Assembly: GCA_963676375.2 (NCBI GenBank)
Contig: CAXXPT010000012.1
Coordinates: forward strand, 3,035-67,034
Direction of reading: 5' to 3'
Source of the DNA: Prolixibacteraceae bacterium
GTDB taxonomy: Bacteria; Bacteroidota; Bacteroidia; Bacteroidales; Prolixibacteraceae
DNA length: 64,000 nucleotides
In this document: one piece after another, positions 37,043-45,529 of the stretch
Layout of the letters: each line of letters begins with the position of its first letter
Position numbering within the stretch: position 1 is the stretch's first letter
The notes under the pieces: generated by a model
The model's input: only the letters and a program-made list of their open reading frames with translations
Databases searched by the model: none
What the model was told of the DNA's origin: nothing
Program-made: the position numbers and the translations under genes

Positions 37043-38320
37043 ATGTATATTATTACGGTACTTAAGGATAAATCCATCAAAGAGGAAATCAGTAAATTAT
37101 TCAGCATTAGAGATTCTTATGATACCATACACATAAAACTCCCTTTAATAGAGTGGATTAGTGCGAATAGCCTGAATTTTCTTGTGACATTTATTGTCTC
37201 CAATAGATATCATTTCCATTTTAAAAAGATTATTATCGAGCTTTTTGAAGCTAAAATTATCTCAGACGTATTAGAAGAAAATGATGTTTCTGAGGAAATA
37301 CTTGACTCATTGACCAAAAAATTAATATTCTATGAGTCGATGGAGTTATATGAGAATATAAATTATGATTATGTTATACAGTTTCCAAACTGCGATACCT
37401 TAAAAAAAGTGAAGGAGTTATTGGTTTCTCATGAATATGAAAAAAAATGGATGTATTCTTCCAAGATGCTGGCGCTTAATCCTCTAATTAATGACGAAAA
37501 AGAACAAATATATCTTACTGCCCGGCTAAATACATTGACAAATATTATATTTCATAATCTATATGGTAAAGTAGATTATGGTGAGGCAAGAGAGGCTAGC
37601 TCCCAGATAATGTATGAACTCGTGAAGAATATATATCAACACGCATATAGTGAGGATATTAGTGCCAGACTGGAGAAACACGGTATAGCCTGTGCGCAGA
37701 TTAATAAATTTCCAATTATCCAAAATAAAGAATATAGTTTAAAGGATATTAGCGGAATTTTAGAATTGGTTAAAAAAAGGACGAAAGGCAAAGTCTGGAA
37801 ATTTTTATCCATTTCGATTTGTGATTTCGGTGTTGGTATTAATTCAGTAATTAGAACAGATTTGAAAAGTAAGTTGACAAGTGAGAAAAGCGATTTTACG
37901 ATCGGTGAATTTACTGTGAATGAAGAATTATTGGCGGATGACTATAAGTTGATCGAGATCCCCATAAGAACTGAGTATAGTACCAAGACTTTATCCGACA
38001 AAAGAGAAGATTGGACAATTAGTAAAGAAAGAAAACTGGTACTTTCTAGAAGGGGGCGGGGATATATTTTCTGCATTTGCTTCGTTGGCGAATTTTTTGG
38101 AAGGATGCAGATTCGAAGCAATAATTATGTATTGGATGTCTTTGCCAAAGAAAGTGCTGCATTGAGAAGTACTAAGTGGAGAACAGAACCCGAAGAATCA
38201 CTTGCTATCATTGAGAAAGAATTTGGGAATTACTTTCAAATAATACAAAAAAAAGAAAAAGGATTTTTCCCAGGAACTCAAATCATAATCGAAATTCCAG
38301 TCGAAGTTTTTCAAAATTGA
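37043..38320 (+). CDS. GHKL-type ATPase-like protein (histidine-kinase/anti-sigma-kinase-like ATP-binding fold)
   Basis: N-box-like E192-LVK-N196-IYQHA, G1-box-like D261-F-G-V-G265, RRGRGY, and the terminal GTQIIIEIP typical of HATPase_c ends. The N-terminal 180 aa are uncharacterised. Confidence 0.55.
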   Translation: MYIITVLKDKSIKEEISKLFSIRDSYDTIHIKLPLIEWISANSLNFLVTFIVSNRYHFHFKKIIIELFEAKIISDVLEENDVSEEILDSLTKKLIFYESMELYENINYDYVIQFPNCDTLKKVKELLVSHEYEKKWMYSSKMLALNPLINDEKEQIYLTARLNTLTNIIFHNLYGKVDYGEAREASSQIMYELVKNIYQHAYSEDISARLEKHGIACAQINKFPIIQNKEYSLKDISGILELVKKRTKGKVWKFLSISICDFGVGINSVIRTDLKSKLTSEKSDFTIGEFTVNEELLADDYKLIEIPIRTEYSTKTLSDKREDWTISKERKLVLSRRGRGYIFCICFVGEFFGRMQIRSNNYVLDVFAKESAALRSTKWRTEPEESLAIIEKEFGNYFQIIQKKEKGFFPGTQIIIEIPVEVFQN

Positions 38321-38330
38321 CATTATTACA

Positions 38331-40334
38331 ATGAGTTATAATTGGAACGAAGTAGCATTGGTTGATTTAAAAAATCAGCCTTTTAGAAATAATAATGGTA
38401 TTGAAATAAATTTATTGGATTATCTGTTTAATCAGATTAATCTAATTGTTAAGCAACAAGAGCTTAGTCAAAAAAATAGTTTTGAAAAATTCAGGCAAAG
38501 TCGCTGTTTGATTTGTTTGGATTCGGTAAATATATCAAATGAAGATTGCTCGCTTTTGGACACTCTTATCCCAGTAAGTGAAAAACATCCATTTATTTTA
38601 ATCAATTGTTCTGTTGATTCTATCAATCTTTTTTCACTTGCATTACATGCCGATTTTCAAAGGCTGGGGTACATTTTACCCATATTTGGACAATTAACAC
38701 CAATTGATCCTGTTTATGTCAAAGAAAAGTATGGAATCAAATTTTATGAATTTTTAAATGGAGAAGTTGACACGCTTTCAATCTCGGATTTAAAAGATCC
38801 CGACAAAGTTTTGGTTGATGATATTCTTAGAAGGTATTCATATCTCGAATGCATAAATGATGTTTTAAGGTTTGTGGATAATCACATTGAATGGTTGGGG
38901 GTCAAATCTAAAAAATTCAAAGACCTGCTAAATCATTTATATTCAAGTAATAGGGAATGTTTTGATCCCCAGTGGGCAGTCAATACTTTTGGTGTCTCTG
39001 AAAGTGAATTAAATCGTTATAGCCAAAGTTCAATGCTGTTCAGCAAAGAAGGTGATCAAATCAGGTTCAGATTTCTAAAAAGCAATTTGTTTTTAAAGAT
39101 TCAGTCAAAACTATACTACCAATTTGAAGAAAAAATGATCGAAGCCGAAGCTTTGCAGGTCTATAGAAAAACCAAAGCAGGCGAAAGCAGTTTTAATGAG
39201 TATCATAATATTGGGAGGGTCTTTGAAAATACAGATCGGTATAAGCTTAAGTTACTGGCGGCATTCAAGAAGAAAATAGCATATCATTTTCCGGACTTTC
39301 TCTATCCTCAGCAGAAATCAATTATCTTGATTGATAACGGTTATGAATCAGGAATGTATTTCCTGCTAAAAAAGTATTTCCCCAGCAAAAAGGTAACCAG
39401 AATTCTGAATTGCCATGATCATCCAATAATTTACCCGTTTGATGAAGAGATTAATAGTTCAGATAACGCAATTGTGGTAATTGATCTCATCAATACCGGT
39501 AATTTTCTTAGTAAAGTAGTCAAAATGGTAAAGGATATGTATAAAGCGGAAATCTTCGCAGTTTATACATTCGTTATTAATGGCTCAATAGCGACAAATC
39601 AGATCAGTTCCGCACCTATTTTTTCATATGTGGAAAAGAAACTTGAAAAGTCAGATGAAATAAAGGATATCTTACATGCAACCAGAGACAATGCTCGTGA
39701 CAATTTCAGATATAAAAGCTTTTGGCAAATCATTAATAATGTGGGCAGCATTGATGGGAAAATTCAACAAAATGTCGTTAGAAAGGGAGGTTCTATTTTT
39801 TATACACTATACAGAAACAAGATTTTTGTTGACGTAAAAAATCCTTCTTTTGAAACGACTGATTTTAATGTTTTTTTGGGAACAATAATAACATCGAATA
39901 ACATTAATAAAATAATTTTTCTCAGCGAGAACTCGAAATCGTTTTTCCATTCACTGAATGATTTTTCTAAGTATACGGTTAACTCGGTGATTTTTAATAG
40001 TAAAAGCAAAACATTTTCATCCCAAATTTTTGACTCGGATCGGATTCTAATTTTGGATGTTACCTTATTAAGCGGACACAACATCGAAGCTTGTTTAACT
40101 GAATTAGATAAAAAAGAATACCATAATCGTAAAGTTTTTGTCGCTGTTTTCTTTGAGAAAAGGATTATCGATGAAAATGTTATTGGTAAAATTGATTCTT
40201 TAGTTAATCTGCACCCGGAATTGAAGGGAAAAATCTTTAAATATTACACAAGTAATATTCCTTTTTATAAAATTGATAAAGACTCAATTAATTCAAGCAG
40301 AATAAAAAATAGTTTAGAAAAATATAAGAAATGA
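38331..40334 (+). CDS. protein with two phosphoribosyltransferase-like (type I PRTase) segments
   Basis: AIVVIDLINTGNF (aa 380-392, nt 39468-) and RILILDVTLLSGH (aa 571-583, nt 40041-) resemble the PRPP-loop pattern (hydrophobic x4, acidic, xxx[TS]G). Each is preceded by a beta-strand/Gly segment (SIILIDNGYESG). Each has one acidic residue rather than two. Confidence 0.45.
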   Translation: MSYNWNEVALVDLKNQPFRNNNGIEINLLDYLFNQINLIVKQQELSQKNSFEKFRQSRCLICLDSVNISNEDCSLLDTLIPVSEKHPFILINCSVDSINLFSLALHADFQRLGYILPIFGQLTPIDPVYVKEKYGIKFYEFLNGEVDTLSISDLKDPDKVLVDDILRRYSYLECINDVLRFVDNHIEWLGVKSKKFKDLLNHLYSSNRECFDPQWAVNTFGVSESELNRYSQSSMLFSKEGDQIRFRFLKSNLFLKIQSKLYYQFEEKMIEAEALQVYRKTKAGESSFNEYHNIGRVFENTDRYKLKLLAAFKKKIAYHFPDFLYPQQKSIILIDNGYESGMYFLLKKYFPSKKVTRILNCHDHPIIYPFDEEINSSDNAIVVIDLINTGNFLSKVVKMVKDMYKAEIFAVYTFVINGSIATNQISSAPIFSYVEKKLEKSDEIKDILHATRDNARDNFRYKSFWQIINNVGSIDGKIQQNVVRKGGSIFYTLYRNKIFVDVKNPSFETTDFNVFLGTIITSNNINKIIFLSENSKSFFHSLNDFSKYTVNSVIFNSKSKTFSSQIFDSDRILILDVTLLSGHNIEACLTELDKKEYHNRKVFVAVFFEKRIIDENVIGKIDSLVNLHPELKGKIFKYYTSNIPFYKIDKDSINSSRIKNSLEKYKK

Positions 40335-41470
40335 TAGAAAACATTGAAGACCAATTAATATCCAATTCAATGGATATCTTGTCAAAACTCAGGGATGATG
40401 AGATGCTTGTTTCTGTATTTTTTATTGATCAGATTAATTTTTATAGAGATAAGAAATTAGCATCTTATTTTATTAACAAGATTCTAAGTGAAAATCAAAA
40501 ATTTGGAAGAATAAAAATTGCTGGAATTGTTGATGCAATTTATGAATATCAACTAAGCTCTTCAATTTCAGAGGAAGTTGTAGAAAGCTTAATTCGACTG
40601 GTTGAAAATTACTTTTATGATAATGACTCATCGGACACTTCTTGGATAAATAAGGTTCTGGATATCGTGCTTAATTCATACAGCCCCAGAAAATTGGAAA
40701 TGCTTATTGATATTTTGAGTTTGCGGTTTAAGCCCTATCCTGAAAAGCATTTTGGGATTTTTTCAGAAAAATTGCTGAAAACGATCTTAATAGAAAAAGA
40801 ATTAAATGTCAATTTTAAATATCAAGCCAAAATTTACAAACTTAAAATTGAGGATGCAAGTAAAGAAGAGGAAGAAAAAAACATAAAACATCATATAAGT
40901 CGAATAATTAAAGAATTAAGTATGATCCCATCAAAAAAAATTATTGATGTTTTTATTTCATATTCTCATGAAGGTGATGAGCATAAAACTAAGGTGATCG
41001 AATTTACCAATCATTTAAGAAAGTTAGGCTTTAACGCCAAGTGTGATTTCTTTTTAAAACAACAGGAAACATCCATTGATTTTGATGAAATGATGTTGGA
41101 CCAGATATCACGTTCTGATAAAATAATTTTAGTACTAACCGAAGAATATAAAAGGAGAGCTGATGATACAAAGCAATCTGGTATTAAAGATGAAATGAAA
41201 TTAATAAAACAGATACTTGAAAAGAGTGATAATAAAATAATTTTGGTCTCATTCAAGTCTCTGCCACAACAGATAAAACCCGACCAAATTACTCCACTTT
41301 GGTTAGCATCTAGGGAAGTGATCGATCTAAAAGATGACATGAATCACGGTTTACGAACCTTAATCTCAAAATTGAAAGAAATTGAATTATTGAATTTTGT
41401 CGAAGTAAATTCAGAGCAAAGTGAAATTGAATCAGAGAAAATAGGGAATTTTACTCTCGATGATATTTAG
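40331..41470 (+). CDS. TIR-domain protein with helical N-terminal region
   Basis: DVFISYSHEGDEH at aa 206-218, ILVLTEEY, and SGIKDEMKLI containing a candidate catalytic Glu288. Its ATG overlaps the upstream stop (ATGA). Confidence 0.7.
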   Translation: MIENIEDQLISNSMDILSKLRDDEMLVSVFFIDQINFYRDKKLASYFINKILSENQKFGRIKIAGIVDAIYEYQLSSSISEEVVESLIRLVENYFYDNDSSDTSWINKVLDIVLNSYSPRKLEMLIDILSLRFKPYPEKHFGIFSEKLLKTILIEKELNVNFKYQAKIYKLKIEDASKEEEEKNIKHHISRIIKELSMIPSKKIIDVFISYSHEGDEHKTKVIEFTNHLRKLGFNAKCDFFLKQQETSIDFDEMMLDQISRSDKIILVLTEEYKRRADDTKQSGIKDEMKLIKQILEKSDNKIILVSFKSLPQQIKPDQITPLWLASREVIDLKDDMNHGLRTLISKLKEIELLNFVEVNSEQSEIESEKIGNFTLDDI

Positions 41471-41508
41471 AATAACTACAAAATTAATTTTGGTTTTTTG
41501 TATGCAGA

Positions 41509-42059
41509 TTATTTGACGTTTTTTATCAAAGTGAACTCGTCTTTTCTATTCCGAAGTTCAATTGCTTTATCAATGTAAGCTCCAACCCCCTTGATAAAGT
41601 CCACCCATTTTACTGATTCGATGTACGAACAATCTTCAGGATAAACCTAGAGTCTGTTACACAGATTTCTTTGAGGCGCTTTTGTGTTGAACATGTTGTC
41701 TATAAGTATTTTTAATAATGTCGGTGTATTTAATCTTAGGCAATTGCATATTGGATCATAGGTAATGTAATAATCATACCTGCTGTTTTCATCGGGCAGA
41801 ACAACCGCGATAACTCCGTTGGTTTTACTTCGTTGGCCTTGCCTGCAGTTCCTTTAAAGAATATGAAATTCCATGCTCTCGCCGTCGTCCTCACCATTGT
41901 AGATGTGGTCATCGTTTTCAAGCATTTCAGCTAGTTTATCTACATAATGCCGTGCTGTCGTCGGAATCTTCTGCCGAAAAAATCGACTACTTCATAAATA
42001 TTCAAATCTTCTACCAGCGAATCAGAATATTTGTATGAAACAAAGACTTTTCTTCCCAT
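41509..42059 (-). pseudogene. decayed ThsB-like TIR (DUF1863-type) gene
   Basis: The minus strand reads MGRKVFVSYKYSDSLVEDLN..., then needs frameshifts to continue TARHYVDKLAEMLENDDHIYNGEDDGES, ...SKTNGVIAVVLPDENSRYDYY..., NMFNTK... and YIESVKWVDFI. There are at least two stops or frameshifts, and a central segment is missing. Confidence 0.6.
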
Positions 42060-42061
42060 AT

Positions 42062-42655
42062 CTAAATTTGATCAATAAGTAAATCCTGAAAAAGAGACAT
42101 GTACTCATAATCGTGGAGTAAACGCTCGTTTTTTTTGACTTGCCGCAACCTATCGTAAACCAACTTTGAAGCTGCTCCGGTACTTGCTATAGGCAGGATA
42201 AGAGCTTTGGAGTTATACTTTCGGAACATTTCGTATTCTTCCAGGATTCCGTCCATACCACCAATAAAGATTGCAGCTGTGAAGTTATTCTCCGAAAACA
42301 TTCTTTCCCGCATCAATCTTACACTTGATTCTTTTGTTCCTGAAGTTCTGGTTAGAATGACATTATTAAAATCAAAATTGGACGCATGGAAATTCTCTAT
42401 GAAGAATTCCGATTGATAGAGAGTGACATGGTCTTGAATATCCATGTTCAATTTCTCCAAAACGTTATAAATAATCGGAGTGATCGACGGGTGACCTCCC
42501 CAAATTAATTTAAACCTTGGCAGTATACTAATTGCAAGGGCAATTACGGCATCCCGAATAGCAATGACATCAGCCGTTTCGAAATATTTTGGATCTCTTT
42601 CTTTTAACGGGATACTCGCGGAAAGGAATATATTTTTTAATTTGTCTGAAACCAT
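42062..42655 (-). CDS. standalone SLOG/LOG-like (STALD-type) domain protein
   Basis: 197 aa with LIWGGHPSITP, then FIGGMDGILEE (GGxxGxxxE-like) and PIASTGAA, which is the Rossmann/LOG pattern. Its start overlaps the upstream TIR gene by 19 nt. Confidence 0.55.
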   Translation of the reverse strand: MVSDKLKNIFLSASIPLKERDPKYFETADVIAIRDAVIALAISILPRFKLIWGGHPSITPIIYNVLEKLNMDIQDHVTLYQSEFFIENFHASNFDFNNVILTRTSGTKESSVRLMRERMFSENNFTAAIFIGGMDGILEEYEMFRKYNSKALILPIASTGAASKLVYDRLRQVKKNERLLHDYEYMSLFQDLLIDQI

Positions 42656-43803
42656 GATTCAAATTCTTGCTTTTTGATCGTTTTAACATCTAAATAAGTG
42701 TTAAGATAGTCTAAATGGCGTAACCACTTCTCTCTGATTCTAATATTGTCATAGATAAGAAAAACTTCGTCTACCGAGTATTGCTTGATCTCTCTCTTCA
42801 ATTCAGACGACTGATTGTAGTCGATCGACTGAGGTATACCAACAGACGGGATGAAAATTCTTCTTTTGGTTTCAGATAATTCCTCGGTTATGAACCGCTC
42901 AGGTTGTATGTTTACCCTTCTGCCGTTTTTTCTGGCTAAATTTAGGAATTCCGTGATCAGACTTTCCTCCCTGGCTGCCAGGTTTCGTGCCCTGATTGAT
43001 TCAACTTTTTGGATGATGTTGTTCACAACATCATCTGTCAGTCTCGAAAGATCCTTATCTCCATATATGTTGGATTTAAAACTATCAGTCTCTAATTGAT
43101 ATGGGAAACAAACTTCAGCCATTGGAGACAATGTCTCATCCGGCCAAATTAATTGCAATACACCAATTCGCTTGACACTTGCTTCGGCTATTTCTTTTTC
43201 ACACCATTCACTTTTTAAAAAATTTGGCGTGTTTAAAAGGACTATGACATCACAATCTGTCATTCGATGCCATAATTCTTCTTGGAAAGGTTCTCCCTGT
43301 TTGATGGAATGGGTATCGAGAAAAACGTCAAAGTTATTCTTTTCTAAGGCTTCGTATAATTGAATTGCAACGGACGAAGATTCGTCTCTCTTATAACTAA
43401 TGAAAACTTTTCTGGTGTTTCTTAATTTGCCAAAAGATTCCAGAATTAAACTAACTACTTTCTCTTTTTGGTAATGATCCCACTTAAGCCCATTCTGATT
43501 TTCAAGAATCTTTGGAATTTCATTTTTAAACGAATCATAAAAGATGGGCAGCACTATTTTACCAAGGCTGATGAGTCTTTCGACAATTGCGATATCCTCA
43601 TATTTTCTAGTAGGACTACCGAAATAAAGGGCGTAAGTCGGTTGATTGGCTTCGAAATCCCGGTCAAATTGCGATGCATAAATGACTCGGTAAAACTTTT
43701 CCTGAAGCTTTAGTTCTCTGATCCTTTGAAACAGTAAATCTATGATTTCATTAGCTAATTTTTCGGGACTTCCAAGAATAACTATTTGATATTTATATTC
43801 CAT
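42637..43803 (-). CDS. TIR-domain protein flanked by uncharacterised N- and C-terminal domains
   Basis: KVFISYKRDESSSVAIQLYEAL and NFLKSEWCEKEIAEA (a W-C-x2-E catalytic-Glu motif). The track starts at a TTG (43830), and I prefer ATG 43803 (MEYKYQIVILG). Confidence 0.7.
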   Translation of the reverse strand: MEYKYQIVILGSPEKLANEIIDLLFQRIRELKLQEKFYRVIYASQFDRDFEANQPTYALYFGSPTRKYEDIAIVERLISLGKIVLPIFYDSFKNEIPKILENQNGLKWDHYQKEKVVSLILESFGKLRNTRKVFISYKRDESSSVAIQLYEALEKNNFDVFLDTHSIKQGEPFQEELWHRMTDCDVIVLLNTPNFLKSEWCEKEIAEASVKRIGVLQLIWPDETLSPMAEVCFPYQLETDSFKSNIYGDKDLSRLTDDVVNNIIQKVESIRARNLAAREESLITEFLNLARKNGRRVNIQPERFITEELSETKRRIFIPSVGIPQSIDYNQSSELKREIKQYSVDEVFLIYDNIRIREKWLRHLDYLNTYLDVKTIKKQEFESWFQTN

Positions 43804-44317
43804 AATTTTGATCGGGGTATAATAATTCAATCGAAGTTTCCGCTCTGGTTTAACCCTTTTGGACTAGGCTTATTAGTATCATTCGAAGTAAAAAGACATT
43901 GAGTTATAGCTATTATGATTTTTCCCAACTCCAATTTTAACACAAATAATACTTCTACGGCACTTAAAATTTTTAATTTCACTGTAAATATAATAAAAGG
44001 CGATTTATCCATTGAGATGAAATCGAAATATTTTCACCTCTTTTTCTCTACTCACTCTGCCAAAGAAAGTAGCTATTTTGAATGCTCATAGATTTGATAT
44101 TAATAATCACTTTTAAGTCGCCATTACAAGAGCTATTAGAGATTGGTTATTTTTTAACTTAGATACAATTGACTTTCGTTGAAAAGCAACAGTTAGATTG
44201 TTTCACCCTTTGCATTCTATTCATTAAATTTGATTATATTTGTATTGTAATGAATTGAATATCAGGCGAGACTATATCGAGACCTGTTGAAATAAGCATT
44301 TAGTAAAACATTGATAA

Positions 44318-45115
44318 TCAGCTTGGAATAAGGATGCGTTCAAACTCCAGCTGGGTCACTTGATGAGACAAATCCAATATTGATGGATTTGTCTCATTTT
44401 TTTTGCCTTGTATTTTGCTGTTTATCAGTAGTATCAGATTCAATGCTTCATTTATATGAGTGGTTCGATATTGAAATCCGTCAAAAGTCAGTTTTTCGGG
44501 GAACATCGAACAATGATTTTTCTTTTCTATGTTATAGTTCCATTTTCATACAAAACATCCAATTGTGAATTTCTGCTGATAGCTTTATCCCATAAGGGTT
44601 CTATGTTGGTTGTGTCCGTTACTGAAGCTGATAATTTAACTTCCAGTCTGTTTATTCGTTCCTCACTTTCGGATTTTATTGTGCGGTAATCATCAGCTTC
44701 AATGTCACCACAGAGCAACAATTCTCTTGCTTTTGAAAGACTTTTATTGGCTTCTTCCAGCTGCATTTTCAATTCCTGAACTTCGTTGCGCTGGACATGT
44801 GTTTTAGTCTTATAAACACTAATAATTACCTCGTTGAATTATTTAAGCCGTGCCAAAGGTTGATCATACTCCCCGGATTTCATCCACCATCATAACATTT
44901 ACTTCCGGAGCTTTATAACGGATACCACATTCGGAACTACAATGATAATAATGGTAGTAATGATTACGTCCTTTAGAGGCGCTGGCAATTAATATCCTTC
45001 CGCAATTGGAACCTACCAGAAAAACTCTTAATGGGATGTTATCATCGGTAATTATCTTGGTTCGTTTAACTCTTCATTCATCGCATTTTCAACTATAATG
45101 AGAACAGCGTAAAAA
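44318..45115 (-). pseudogene. decayed large serine recombinase (C-terminal zinc-ribbon and coiled-coil parts only)
   Basis: The minus strand reads ...CGRILIASASKGRNHYYHYYHCSSECGIRYKAPEVN then a stop. It continues in other frames as ...LEEANKSLSKARELLLCGDIEADDYRTIKSE... and ...FPEKLTFDGFQYRTTHINEALNLI. No resolvase catalytic domain was seen. Confidence 0.6.
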
Positions 45116-45529
45116 AAGGAGTGAATTGTCATCGGGGCTGAAAATTATCCGCTGAATACAGAAAAAATGAGTCTGAAAATGAAGCTCAATTTTTTATTGA
45201 AACGCTTGGTATGTGATCTTTCCCTGATTTGGTGTACTGTGGGAACGACCTTGTAATTCCACTTCAGAAGTTATCGTGGAAAAGAAACATTTTCGGACAG
45301 TAACCTTAGAGCCTAAGCTATTTAAATGGATTGAAGTTGGCAATTCTACCTTTTCAACAAAGAATCTTAACCGAATATTTGAAAATACAAATCAAAAATA
45401 AGTATAAGGGTTAAAATAGAATGTATATTGAATAAAATAATAGAAGTTTTTAATTCTCCAATAATTTTCCTTTGCCATACATCAAGGTATTTTGAATTTG
45501 ATGATGCAATAACTAATTAACTAAATAAG

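Noticed and set aside
41471-41700. A search for further attC-like sites after the TIR gene (AATAAC...CAAAATT/AATTTTG...GTATGC at 41473-41506; GTTGAAC at 41687) and in 44013-44330 (TTTTAAC 44150 / GTTGAAA 44286)
   Set aside because: The outer boxes deviate from RYYYAAC/GTTRRRY. No inner-box pairing exists at the expected spacing. The candidates lie inside the decayed TIR pseudogene or are too short. I therefore do not extend the cassette array beyond about 36.8 kb.
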